DNA of 64,000 nucleotides from Gemmatimonadota bacterium. Its GTDB lineage: Bacteria > Gemmatimonadota > Gemmatimonadetes > Palauibacterales > Palauibacteraceae. A program made the position numbers and the translations under genes. The first letter of the stretch is position 1. Every line of letters starts with the position of its first letter. The notes beneath the pieces were generated by a model. It was not told the origin of the DNA. It worked only from the letters and a program-made list of their open reading frames with translations, and did no database searches. Of the stretch, positions 43,678 through 52,098 are shown one piece after another. The stretch lies in NCBI GenBank assembly GCA_965116475.1, contig OZ220691.1, positions 32,001-96,000 of the forward strand, written 5' to 3'.

Positions 43678-43724
43678 GTGGCGGGACTCCGCGCGGCCGT
43701 GCGGCTGCGCGGAGTCCTCGCCAC
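43678..43724 (-). other. Strong GC stem-loop right after the small-peptide stop, followed by a second hairpin (43653-43677) in the moaA leader
   Basis: GTGGCG-a-GGACTCCGCGC ... GCGCGGAGTCC-CGCCAC (about 17-bp stem); no U-tract. Confidence 0.7.
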
Positions 43725-43730
43725 CGACGG

Positions 43731-43853
43731 CTAGCTGATCGCCGTCACATCCTCCTGCATCATCATGTTGTCATCGTCGTCGCCACAGTCCCCGGCAAAC
43801 GAGACCGTCGCGATCATCGCGACGACCAGCAGGTTGCGGACCATCTTCAACAT
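43731..43853 (-). CDS. 40-aa exported small protein MLKMVRNLLVVAMIATVSFAGDCGDDDDNMMMQEDVTAIS
   Basis: SD GGAGGAGG 5 nt before ATG; n-region K/R, hydrophobic h-region, acidic mature part; occupies otherwise empty space between moaE and moaA. Confidence 0.7.
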   Translation of the reverse strand: MLKMVRNLLVVAMIATVSFAGDCGDDDDNMMMQEDVTAIS

Positions 43854-43932
43854 CGCGTCCTCCTCCGTTTGGGCGTCCGCGCCCGAGGCCGGCTGCCCCG
43901 GCAACCATCGGACCGCCCGTGACCAGACTTCC

Positions 43933-44421
43933 CTACTCGAATCGTGCGCCGGTTGAAGCCCCGGCCTCCCCGGTCGGGGCGCCCACCCAGTGCGATTCGC
44001 CGTTCTCGTAGTGCTCGTGCTTCCAGATCGGCAATCTGACCTTGATCGTTTCGATAATCCACCGCGACGCCCGGTAGCCATCGTCACGGTGTGCCGACGT
44101 GACCGCGATCGCCACGCTCACCTCCCCCAGCGCGAGGTCGCCCACGCGATGGGCCGCGGCGACGGAACCCACATCGAACCGCTCCAGCGCCTCGCGGCAG
44201 ATGGCCGACAGCTCCCGCTCCGCCATCTCCCCGTACGCCTCGTAGGCGAGACGCGACACCGCCCGACCGCGGTTCGTACGGCGGACGCGCCCCTGAAAGA
44301 AGAGCAGCGCGCCGTCCGCGACGGACCCGATCTCCCGTACAATATCCTCAAACTGCGCAAAATCGTCCAGACTCTCGCGGGTGATCCACGTCCGGACGCA
44401 GTCGTTCGACCCCTGCGACAC
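43933..44421 (-). CDS. moaE: Molybdopterin synthase catalytic subunit
   Basis: GALLFFQGRVR, LAYEAY, HRVGDL, SAHR, IKVRLPIWKHE. Confidence 0.93.
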   Translation of the reverse strand: MSQGSNDCVRTWITRESLDDFAQFEDIVREIGSVADGALLFFQGRVRRTNRGRAVSRLAYEAYGEMAERELSAICREALERFDVGSVAAAHRVGDLALGEVSVAIAVTSAHRDDGYRASRWIIETIKVRLPIWKHEHYENGESHWVGAPTGEAGASTGARFE

Positions 44422-44425
44422 CGGC

Positions 44426-44692
44426 TCAGCCGCCCGCGACGGGAGGTATGAGCGCCACCTCGTCCCCATCGGACAGGACCGTGCCGGCCTCCGCGTAACT
44501 CTGGTTGACGGCGACGACGACCCGCTCCGGGAGCCAGTCGAGCCCCCCCGGACCGCGCAGGGCTTCGACGAGGTCCGCCACCGTGCTGTCCGCCGCGAGC
44601 TCCGCCGACCCCTCCCGTCGCGCGGCGAGTTCACCGTACACGCCGAAGAACAGCGTGCGAACCGAGATCCGGTCCACTGCGTCTGCGTCCAT
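44426..44692 (-). CDS. moaD: Molybdopterin synthase sulfur carrier
   Basis: VRTLFFG, VAVNQSY, GDEVALIPPVAGG (C-terminal GG). Start overlaps the upstream TAA (TAATG). Confidence 0.93.
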   Translation of the reverse strand: MDADAVDRISVRTLFFGVYGELAARREGSAELAADSTVADLVEALRGPGGLDWLPERVVVAVNQSYAEAGTVLSDGDEVALIPPVAGG

Positions 44693-44967
44693 TACGGGCG
44701 CGCGTTCGCCAGCGCGAGGTAGGCGAGAAGCCGCGGCACAATCCCTTCTTCGCGCAGCGTCGTCACCCGGACCCGCGTTCCGGCAGGCCCCTCGGGATCC
44801 GGGAAGGCGGCGACCGAGAGGTTGCCGCGGAACGTGCAGAACGCGATGTGCGTATCGCTCTCGGTGTCGACCCAGGCGTCCACCATCCGGTCGTCCCCGA
44901 GGAAGAAGTCTCGCGTGGCGGCCAGCACATCCGCCGGGGCCAGCGCGCTTACGGTCTCTGTCGTCAT
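44692..44967 (-). CDS. Hypothetical 91-aa protein heading the Moco cluster
   Basis: SD GGGGAG, globular alpha/beta composition, stop coupled to the moaD start. Confidence 0.65.
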   Translation of the reverse strand: MTTETVSALAPADVLAATRDFFLGDDRMVDAWVDTESDTHIAFCTFRGNLSVAAFPDPEGPAGTRVRVTTLREEGIVPRLLAYLALANARP

Positions 44968-45063
44968 GGACTCTCCCCGCGTACCATCCAGCAGCCGAGA
45001 AGATAGGGGCGCAGCAGCCCTCTCTCAAACCCAACCGATCCGTTTCGACAAGAGCGCGCCACC

Positions 45064-46236
45064 GTGCCCCTTACGCAGTTTTCTCCGAACGTCGCCCAAC
45101 TGGAGGCATCGGCCACGCTGGTGCTGGCCGCCCGCGCCCGGAAGCTGAGGGCGGCGGGAGTCCCGGTCGTGGACCTTTCGGCCGGCGAGCCACAGTACCC
45201 CGCACCGCCGTTCGCGGCACGCGCCGGAATCCGGGCCGTCGAGGAGGGGAAGACGGGATATCCTCCCACGTCCGGGCTGCCCGAACTGCGCCAGGCGATC
45301 GCACGCTATCTGCGCGAGACGACAGCCGCCGAGGCGGTGGATGCGGACTCGGTGATCGTGAGCGCGGGCGTGAAGCAGTCGCTGTTCAACTGCTGCTACG
45401 CCCTGTTCGGCGCCGGCGAGGAAGTGCTTGTGCCCTCCCCCTTCTGGCCGAGCTACACGACGATCGTCCGGCTCGCGGGGGCGGAACCGGTCATCGTGGA
45501 GACGACGTGGGAAGGCGGGTTCGTGCCGACGGTCGAGGATCTCGAAGCCGCCCGCACGGCGCGGACGCGGGGGCTGATGCTCAACAGCCCGGGAAACCCG
45601 ACCGGCGCGGTCATCCCGCCCGATCTCCTGCGCCGGATCCTCGCGTGGGCGGACCGGCACGGGATCTGGGTGCTCTCCGACGAGATCTACCGCCGGCTCG
45701 CCTACGGGGCCCCGGCGCCTTCCGTGTTCGACCTTCCGGAGCGCGGGGAGAGGGCGATCCTGCTCGACGGCGTCTCGAAGGCGTTCTGCATGCCGGGGTT
45801 CCGCATCGGGTACGCCGTGGGGCCGCGCGATGTCGTCCGGAAGATGGCCGACCTGCAGGGACAGACGACCTCCGGCGCCGTCGGCCCCTCGCAGCACGCC
45901 GCCGCGGCCGCGCTCGGCGAGAGCGCTCCCCGCGAGGCGTTCGTCGCGGACCTCCTGTCCAGGCTCTCCGAACTCAGGGAACGGGGGCTGTCGAGATTCG
46001 CGGAGATCGACGGGATCGAGGCGTTTGCGCCGGACGGCGCCCTGTATTTCTACGCACGGCTCACCGGCGGCGGAGGCGCGTCGCTCGATGTCGCCGAGCG
46101 GCTGCTGGCCGACGCGCAGGTGGCGTGCATGCCCGGGGAGCCGTTCGGCTCTCCGGGGCACCTGCGCTTCAACTTCGCCGTGGAGCGGGAAGTCCTGGAG
46201 GAGGGACTGGAACGGATCGCCGGCTTCTTCGGCTGA
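45064..46236 (+). CDS. Class I/II PLP aminotransferase (AspC-like)
   Basis: LSAGEP, NSPGNPTG, SDEIY, GVSKAFCMPGFRIG. Confidence 0.93.
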   Translation: MPLTQFSPNVAQLEASATLVLAARARKLRAAGVPVVDLSAGEPQYPAPPFAARAGIRAVEEGKTGYPPTSGLPELRQAIARYLRETTAAEAVDADSVIVSAGVKQSLFNCCYALFGAGEEVLVPSPFWPSYTTIVRLAGAEPVIVETTWEGGFVPTVEDLEAARTARTRGLMLNSPGNPTGAVIPPDLLRRILAWADRHGIWVLSDEIYRRLAYGAPAPSVFDLPERGERAILLDGVSKAFCMPGFRIGYAVGPRDVVRKMADLQGQTTSGAVGPSQHAAAAALGESAPREAFVADLLSRLSELRERGLSRFAEIDGIEAFAPDGALYFYARLTGGGGASLDVAERLLADAQVACMPGEPFGSPGHLRFNFAVEREVLEEGLERIAGFFG

Positions 46237-46261
46237 CCCGCCCGCCCTGCCTCACGCTCTT

Positions 46262-46555
46262 CTAGTCCGCGAGGCTCGACGCCACCTCGTCGCGCAGCAG
46301 ACGCGAGGGCTTGAAGACGGGCACCTTCCGCGGCGGCACGCGCACGGGATCTCCCGTGCGGGGATTGCGGGCCATGCGGGTCCGGCGTTCCCGGACCTTG
46401 AAGGTGCCGAAGCCGCGAATCTCGATGTGGTTGCCCTGTACGACGGCTCCTTTGACGGCGTTCAGAAACGCGTTGACCACCGCGGCACAGTCCCTCTTCG
46501 TCACGCCGGGACCGATGGCCTCGTGGACCTGTTCGATGAGATCCGCCTTCGTCAT
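46262..46555 (-). CDS. HU/IHF family DNA-binding protein
   Basis: MTKADLI, IEIRGFGTF, ARNPRTG, PVFKPS. Confidence 0.96.
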   Translation of the reverse strand: MTKADLIEQVHEAIGPGVTKRDCAAVVNAFLNAVKGAVVQGNHIEIRGFGTFKVRERRTRMARNPRTGDPVRVPPRKVPVFKPSRLLRDEVASSLAD

Positions 46556-46618
46556 CTCCCTCTCCTCCGAGCGTTTAGCAACCGTTGGATGCAGCGTTCC
46601 GCTCCTGGATGGGAGCGA

Positions 46619-47518
46619 CTATCTCAGTTCAAAGAGGAGTCTCGGCGCGCCCGGGCGCAGGGGTGCCAAAGACCCGATCCACGCCCGCGCATCGCCGAGG
46701 CTCAACCCGCCGAGGAGGTCGAGCAGGCCGATGGTCGGTTCGCGCGGCCTGACCACTCTCGGATCCCCTCCCAGACCCGCCATCCGGCCCGCGAGTTCGA
46801 TGGTTTCGGGCAGCGTCATCAGACCGTCGACGAGGCCGAGTTCGTTCGCCTGCCGGCCCGTGAAGATGCGGCCGTCCGCCAGTCCGCGAACGGTCTCCCG
46901 GTCCAGGTTCCGGTTCTCGGACACCACCTCGACGAACTGCTCATGCACATCGCTCACGAGTTCCTCGAGGAACTCGCGGTCCTCCGGAGAAAGGGCGCGC
47001 CCGTAACCGCCCAGATCCTTGTGCTCCGCGCTCGCGACGACTTCCCAGTCGACCCCGACCTTGCGGAACAGCTCCTCAGCGTTGGGGAATTCCATGATGA
47101 CGCCGATGGAGCCCGTCATCGTGCCGGGCAGCGCGTACACGCTGTCCGCCCCGACGGCGGCGTAGTATCCCCCTGAAGCTCCCACGTCGCCCATCCAGGC
47201 GAGGACGGGGCGGTCGTCGTCGTCGCGCAGACCGCGGATGGCTTCGAAGATGCTCTGCGAGGCTCCGACGGTGCCTCCCGGGGACTCGATCTCGATCACG
47301 AATGCGCGCACGGCGGGGTCTTCGCGAAAACCGTCGAGGGCCTTCGTGAACGCCGCTTCGTCCGCGATCACGCCCCGCAGCGGGATGACCGCGACCCGTC
47401 CCCCCGCGAGAAACGACGTATTCCCCACCGTCAACCAGATGGAGAGAATCGCGCCCACGCCGAAGACGCCGAATAGCGCCAGGAGGGCGATCACCGTGTT
47501 TCGCTTGTCGTAGGTCAC
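46619..47518 (-). CDS. sppA: Signal peptide peptidase SppA (36K type)
   Basis: IESPGG, GASGGYY, TGSIGV, DGRIFTGRQA..GLVD. Confidence 0.95.
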   Translation of the reverse strand: MTYDKRNTVIALLALFGVFGVGAILSIWLTVGNTSFLAGGRVAVIPLRGVIADEAAFTKALDGFREDPAVRAFVIEIESPGGTVGASQSIFEAIRGLRDDDDRPVLAWMGDVGASGGYYAAVGADSVYALPGTMTGSIGVIMEFPNAEELFRKVGVDWEVVASAEHKDLGGYGRALSPEDREFLEELVSDVHEQFVEVVSENRNLDRETVRGLADGRIFTGRQANELGLVDGLMTLPETIELAGRMAGLGGDPRVVRPREPTIGLLDLLGGLSLGDARAWIGSLAPLRPGAPRLLFELR

Positions 47519-47566
47519 GTCGCGCCGCGGTCCGTGAGTGAGGGTCCGTGGGCGGAAGCCCGACGC

Positions 47567-47595
47567 AACCTAGACAACATGTCGTCAACGTACAA
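47567..47595 (-). promoter_or_regulatory. Candidate sigma70 promoter for sppA-HU with a palindrome in the spacer
   Basis: Minus strand TTGTAC-N17-TAGGTT; spacer contains GACGACATGTTGTC (one mismatched pair). Confidence 0.45.
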
Positions 47596-47621
47596 CGGAT
47601 TGTGCACGGGATCGCGCACGG

Positions 47622-48758
47622 TCAACCCGGGGCGGGGCTTGCGGCACTTTGCATCGTCTCGACGAAGCGGTTGAACAGATACCGGCTGTCGTGGGGTCCC
47701 GGAGCCGATTCCGGATGGTACTGCACCGCGAACACCGGCCGCTCCCGGTGGACCAGCCCTTCGACCGTGCCGTCGTTCAGATTTCGGTGCGTGATCTCGA
47801 GATCGTCGCCGCCCTCGATCCGTCCGTTCTTTTCGAGCACGGAAAAGCCGTGATTCTGGGAGGTGATCTCCACGGCGCCCGTGGCTTCGTTGAGCACGGG
47901 ATGATTCCCGCCCCGGTGCCCGTACGGCAGCTTGTAGTTGGTGCCCCCGAAGGCCCGCGCGATGAGCTGGTGTCCGAGGCAGATGCCGAACAGCGGGACG
48001 CCGGCGTCGCTCAGCGTGCGGATGCGCTCGACCGCACCCGGCACGGCCTCCGGATCGCCGGGTCCGTTCGAGACGAAGACGCCGTTCGGGCGGGCGGAGA
48101 GCAGCGCCTCAGCGTCCGTGTCGCACGGGACGACGCGCACCCGATATCCCTCGCGACGGAACAGGTCGAGGCTGCGCGTCTTCACACCGTAGTCGAGGCA
48201 GAGGACGAGGCCGCGTTCGGCCGACCCGTCGAGGGGGGCGAGTTCGTACGGTTCGGGCGTCGAGACGGCGGTCGCGAGGTCGCGGCCGGACATCTCCGGC
48301 TCGGCGGCCAGGCGCTCCGCGGCCCGCTCCGGCGCCACCCCGTCGTGCGCCATGACCGCCCGCATCGCGCCCGCATCGCGGATATGGCGCGTCAGCGCGC
48401 GCGTGTCCGCGCCGACGAGCGTCGGAATCCCGTGCGAGGCGAGGTACTCGGGCAGGGTGGAATCGGCCGGCCCGGACCCGATCTCGTGCGACAGGTGCCT
48501 TACGACGAAGCCCGCGACCCATGGCCGCCGCGACTGAACGTCGGGATCGCGGATGCCGTACACTCCCTGCATGGGCGCCGTCATGACGACGATCTGCGCG
48601 GCGAAGGAAGGATCCGTGAGCACCTCGTGATAGCCCGTCATCACCGTCGTGAAGACGGCTTCGCCGGCGGTTTCGGTCTCGAGGCCCACGTAGGCGCCGC
48701 CGAAGCGGCGGCCATCTTCGAGCAGCAGGTATCCGGGGCGTGCTTGCGTCTCGCTCAA
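47622..48758 (-). CDS. carA: Carbamoyl-phosphate synthase small subunit
   Basis: GEAVFTT.MTGY, SNGPGDP, GICLGHQ, TSQNHGF, QYHPE. Start set at TTG 48758. Confidence 0.96.
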   Translation of the reverse strand: MSETQARPGYLLLEDGRRFGGAYVGLETETAGEAVFTTVMTGYHEVLTDPSFAAQIVVMTAPMQGVYGIRDPDVQSRRPWVAGFVVRHLSHEIGSGPADSTLPEYLASHGIPTLVGADTRALTRHIRDAGAMRAVMAHDGVAPERAAERLAAEPEMSGRDLATAVSTPEPYELAPLDGSAERGLVLCLDYGVKTRSLDLFRREGYRVRVVPCDTDAEALLSARPNGVFVSNGPGDPEAVPGAVERIRTLSDAGVPLFGICLGHQLIARAFGGTNYKLPYGHRGGNHPVLNEATGAVEITSQNHGFSVLEKNGRIEGGDDLEITHRNLNDGTVEGLVHRERPVFAVQYHPESAPGPHDSRYLFNRFVETMQSAASPAPG

Positions 48759-48850
48759 GGGGCGCGTCCAATGTGGCGGTTGAAGGTGCGGGCACCCGGG
48801 CATCGGCTCGCGGCCCGCGTGCCCGGCGAACCCAAGCCGCGGGAGGCGCG

Positions 48851-49501
48851 TTGACCACCGACTCCGAACCCGGGCGGGAGAGCGGAACCGATGCCCCGCT
48901 CGTTCATATTTTCGCCGACGAGTCCTGCCTCGGCAACCAGTTCGAGAATCGTCGGAATCCGGGGGCGGCCGCCGGTCTCATCGAGCGGTTCGACGAGCGC
49001 CGCGGGTGGTATCGGCGGGACTTCGCCCACTTCGATCCGGATACGACGAACAACCGGATGGCCATCGTCTCCGGGATCGTCGGGCTGGGCGCCCTGCGCC
49101 GGGCGTGCCGCGTCGTCTTCACGAGCGACAGCCAGTACCTCGTCCGCGGAATGAAGGAGTGGGTGCACGGCTGGGCCCGCCGGGGCTGGCGCCGGAAGGG
49201 CGGGCCGATCGAGAACCTCGATCTCTGGCGGGAACTCGTGCGGGCCGCCGCGCGCCACCGCATCGAGTGGCGCTGGACCCGGGGACACGCCGACGACGTG
49301 AAGAACGCCTACGCGGACCACCTGGCGGTGACGGCGGCGCGGGAACGGCTCGGGACCGACGGACTCGTCCCGTCCGGGTTCGAGAGCTGGCTCGCGGAGG
49401 CTCAGGAGAAGGAGCGGTACGTCGAGTTTCTGGACCTGCCCAGCGACGCGTTCGCCGAGGATCCCCGCCCCCCTGTCGGCGACGAGGCAGAACGCGACTG
49501 A
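48851..49501 (+). CDS. rnhA: Ribonuclease HI with variant active site
   Basis: TTNNRM, SDSQYL, WARRGW, ENLDLW, WTRGHA..KN..ADHLA; TTG start after GGAGG. Confidence 0.9.
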   Translation: MTTDSEPGRESGTDAPLVHIFADESCLGNQFENRRNPGAAAGLIERFDERRGWYRRDFAHFDPDTTNNRMAIVSGIVGLGALRRACRVVFTSDSQYLVRGMKEWVHGWARRGWRRKGGPIENLDLWRELVRAAARHRIEWRWTRGHADDVKNAYADHLAVTAARERLGTDGLVPSGFESWLAEAQEKERYVEFLDLPSDAFAEDPRPPVGDEAERD

Positions 49502-49515
49502 CGAGCGGTGAGCGG

Positions 49516-49995
49516 TTACGGGCCGGAGTTCCCGCTTCCCGAGTCGGGATCGCCGCTTCCGGAGCCCGGGTCCCCTTCCTCTCCCTCCGTCCCGTCGGGC
49601 ACCGCGGCGCCCTCCTCGGACCCGGGAGCGGCGGCTTCGTCGGACGGAGCTGCGCCTTCCCCGGGCTCGGGGGAGATCTCCAGGAGCGAAGCCGGCGCTT
49701 CGGGGAGGCTTTGCTGGCCGGGAAGCCCCTGACGCAGGATCGATTCGGGCGCCGTGTCCGGACGCGAGGAGAGCACGGTCAGCACGAGCGCGAGGAAGAG
49801 GAAGCTCCCCCCGCCGTACCAGCTCGCCTTCGTCAGCGCGTTGGCCGCCTGGCGTCCTCCCATGAAGGAGTCCGTGGAGGAGGAGGCTCCGCCGAAGGAG
49901 GCGGCGAGCCCGCCGCCCTTCGCGGACTGGAGAAGGATCATCACGCACAGCACGAGCGCGATCAGCGATATCAATACGATCAGGAACGTGAACAT
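49516..49995 (-). CDS. secG: Preprotein translocase SecG with acidic Pro/Gly tail
   Basis: ILLQSAKGGGLAASFGG, LTKASW; follows tpiA. Confidence 0.93.
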   Translation of the reverse strand: MFTFLIVLISLIALVLCVMILLQSAKGGGLAASFGGASSSTDSFMGGRQAANALTKASWYGGGSFLFLALVLTVLSSRPDTAPESILRQGLPGQQSLPEAPASLLEISPEPGEGAAPSDEAAAPGSEEGAAVPDGTEGEEGDPGSGSGDPDSGSGNSGP

Positions 49996-50102
49996 CGTCT
50001 ACCTGCCATGGTTGAATCGGGCGGCCGACAGCCCGTGGGGCAGCAGGGCCTTGCCACGGGTCAAGCTAGAGCGGCTGGCGAGATGGGGCCAGTTTTCCGG
50101 GG

Positions 50103-50867
50103 TTACCGGCCCGCCGAGCAGATCGCGGCCCAGCTGTCGGGATCGAGGCTCGCGCCGCCGACGAGCACGCCGTCCACCCCCGGGGCGGCGAGGAGCGCCT
50201 CGATGTTCGATGGCTTGACGCTCCCGCCGTAGAGGATCGCGGCCCGCTCGGCGTCGCACCCCTCCTCCCGCGCCAGTCGGTCGCGGACGATGGCGTGGGC
50301 TTCCGCGGCATCGGCGGGGCTCGCCGTACGTCCGGTACCGATCGCCCACACGGGCTCGTAGGCGTAGGCGAGCCGGCCCCGGCCCTCGCGGTCGAGCGGG
50401 CGGAGGGCTTCCCGGATCTGCGTTCCGAGCACTGACGCGAGCCGTCCGGCCTCGCGCTCCTCGAGGGTTTCGCCGACGCACAGGACGGGCCGGAGTCCGC
50501 CCTCGAGCAGGCGAACCAGCTTGCGTCCCACGTCCCTATCGGTGTCGCCGAACTCGCGCCGGCGTTCCGAGTGGCCCGCGAGCCCCCAGGTGGCGCCGGT
50601 CGCCGGGACCATGGCGGCCGAGATGCCGCTCGTGTGCGCGCCCTCGACCTCGGTGTGCACATCCTGCACGCCGCACTCGAGGTCCGGGCGACCGGAGGCC
50701 GCGGCGGAAAAGGCCGCCAGGCTGATGGCGGGCGGGAACACGACGACCGTCGCGTCGTCGCGCGGACTGTGGCGCGCCGTGAAGCGCTCCAGGAACGCCC
50801 CGGTCTCCGCGGGGCCGTGGCACATCTTCCAGTTCGCGGCGAACACCGGGGTGCGCAGCTGACTCAC
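50103..50867 (-). CDS. tpiA: Triosephosphate isomerase
   Basis: AANWKM, GHSERR, AYEPVWAIGTG, LYGGSV, LVGGASL. Confidence 0.98.
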   Translation of the reverse strand: MSQLRTPVFAANWKMCHGPAETGAFLERFTARHSPRDDATVVVFPPAISLAAFSAAASGRPDLECGVQDVHTEVEGAHTSGISAAMVPATGATWGLAGHSERRREFGDTDRDVGRKLVRLLEGGLRPVLCVGETLEEREAGRLASVLGTQIREALRPLDREGRGRLAYAYEPVWAIGTGRTASPADAAEAHAIVRDRLAREEGCDAERAAILYGGSVKPSNIEALLAAPGVDGVLVGGASLDPDSWAAICSAGR

Positions 50868-52060
50868 GGCCGCCTCCTTTCGGCGAGAGCGTCGAGGCCG
50901 GGCAAGCGCCCGCTCGACAGGTATTCGAGGGCTGCTCCGCCCCCGGTGCAGACATGCGATACGCGGCCCTGCAACCCGGCGCGGCGAACGGCGGCCGCGG
51001 AGTCGCCGCCTCCGATGACCGTGAAGGCGCCGGCCGCCGTCGCTTCCGCGGCGGCTTCCGCGATGGCGAACGTGCCCGCCGCGAACCTCGGGTCCTCGAA
51101 CAGGCCCATGGGACCGTTCCAGAAGAGGGCGGCGCAGCCGCTCAACGCCTCGGCGTAGCGGGCGCGAGACTCGGGCCCGATGTCCAGGACGGCCATCCCC
51201 GGCCTGATCAAGTCGACGCTGACGGTCTCGACGCTCTCCCCTTCGCCGTTCGACCGGTCCAGGACCATCGCGTCCGTCGGCAGCCGGATCCGTTCCTCGG
51301 CCGCGGACAGGATCGACCTGGCGAGATCGAGCGCCGCCTCCTCGACGAGCGAGGTTCCGGTCTCGAACCCCTGTGCACGGAGGAAGGTATTCGCCATGGC
51401 GCCGCCCACGAGGATCAGATCGGCGCGGGCCGCGAAGCGGCGCATGAGTTCGATCTTGTCGCCGATCTTGGCCCCTCCGAAAGCAACGACGAACGGGCGG
51501 CGCGGCTCCTCGAGCGCGCCCAGCGCCTCGAGTTCGCGCTCGACGAGCAATCCCGCCGCGGAAGGCTTCAGGAGAGCGGGCACGCCCGCCGTAGAGGCGT
51601 GCGCGCGGTGCAGCGTGCCGAAGGCATCGTTGACGAAGAAGTCGCCGAGCCGGGCGAGGCGGCCGGCGAGGGCATCATCGTTCGCCGTCTCCCCGGGCAG
51701 GAAGCGCGTGTTCTCCGCGAGGAGCACCTGCCCGACCTTCAGCTCGAGGCTGGCGCGGCGCGCGTCCTCTCCGTCGCAGGGGGCGACAAAGAGGACCTCG
51801 GCCCCGAGCAGACCGGTGAGCACGGAGGCCACGGGCGCCAGCGACAGCGCGGGGTTCGGCTGCCCGCCCGGGCGGCCGAGATGCGAGAGCAGCACCGGCC
51901 GCGCATCGTGCCGGAGCAACCATCGGAGCGTCGGCAGCGACGCCTCGATGCGCGTCGCGTCCGCCACCCGCCCGGCGTCGAGCGGGACGTTGTAGTCCAG
52001 CCGCACGAGGGCCCGCTTCCCGGCCAGGTCGGCCGGGAGGTCACGCAGGGTCCTGGTCAC
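50864..52060 (-). CDS. pgk: Phosphoglycerate kinase
   Basis: VRLDYNVP, SHLGRP, NDAFGTLHRAHAS, WNGPMG, TGGGAALE. Confidence 0.97.
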   Translation of the reverse strand: MTRTLRDLPADLAGKRALVRLDYNVPLDAGRVADATRIEASLPTLRWLLRHDARPVLLSHLGRPGGQPNPALSLAPVASVLTGLLGAEVLFVAPCDGEDARRASLELKVGQVLLAENTRFLPGETANDDALAGRLARLGDFFVNDAFGTLHRAHASTAGVPALLKPSAAGLLVERELEALGALEEPRRPFVVAFGGAKIGDKIELMRRFAARADLILVGGAMANTFLRAQGFETGTSLVEEAALDLARSILSAAEERIRLPTDAMVLDRSNGEGESVETVSVDLIRPGMAVLDIGPESRARYAEALSGCAALFWNGPMGLFEDPRFAAGTFAIAEAAAEATAAGAFTVIGGGDSAAAVRRAGLQGRVSHVCTGGGAALEYLSSGRLPGLDALAERRRP

Positions 52061-52098
52061 GGGCGACGGGCCCGGGGCGCTGGCCGTCCGCCGGACTG

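Noticed and set aside
42639-43853. RiPP system (small peptide next to a radical SAM enzyme)
   Set aside because: The enzyme is a canonical MoaA (both cluster motifs, C-terminal GG, no RRE extension) beside moaD/moaE, and the peptide has a Sec-type signal rather than a RiPP leader.
46600-46617. Hairpin CGCTCC-N6-GGAGCG after sppA as an intrinsic terminator
   Set aside because: The stem is only 6 bp with no U-run; insufficient support.
49996-50102. tRNA or ncRNA near secG; inverted repeat CCCGTGG...CCACGGG
   Set aside because: No cloverleaf or T-loop (GTTCGA) pattern; only a modest hairpin with no U-tract.
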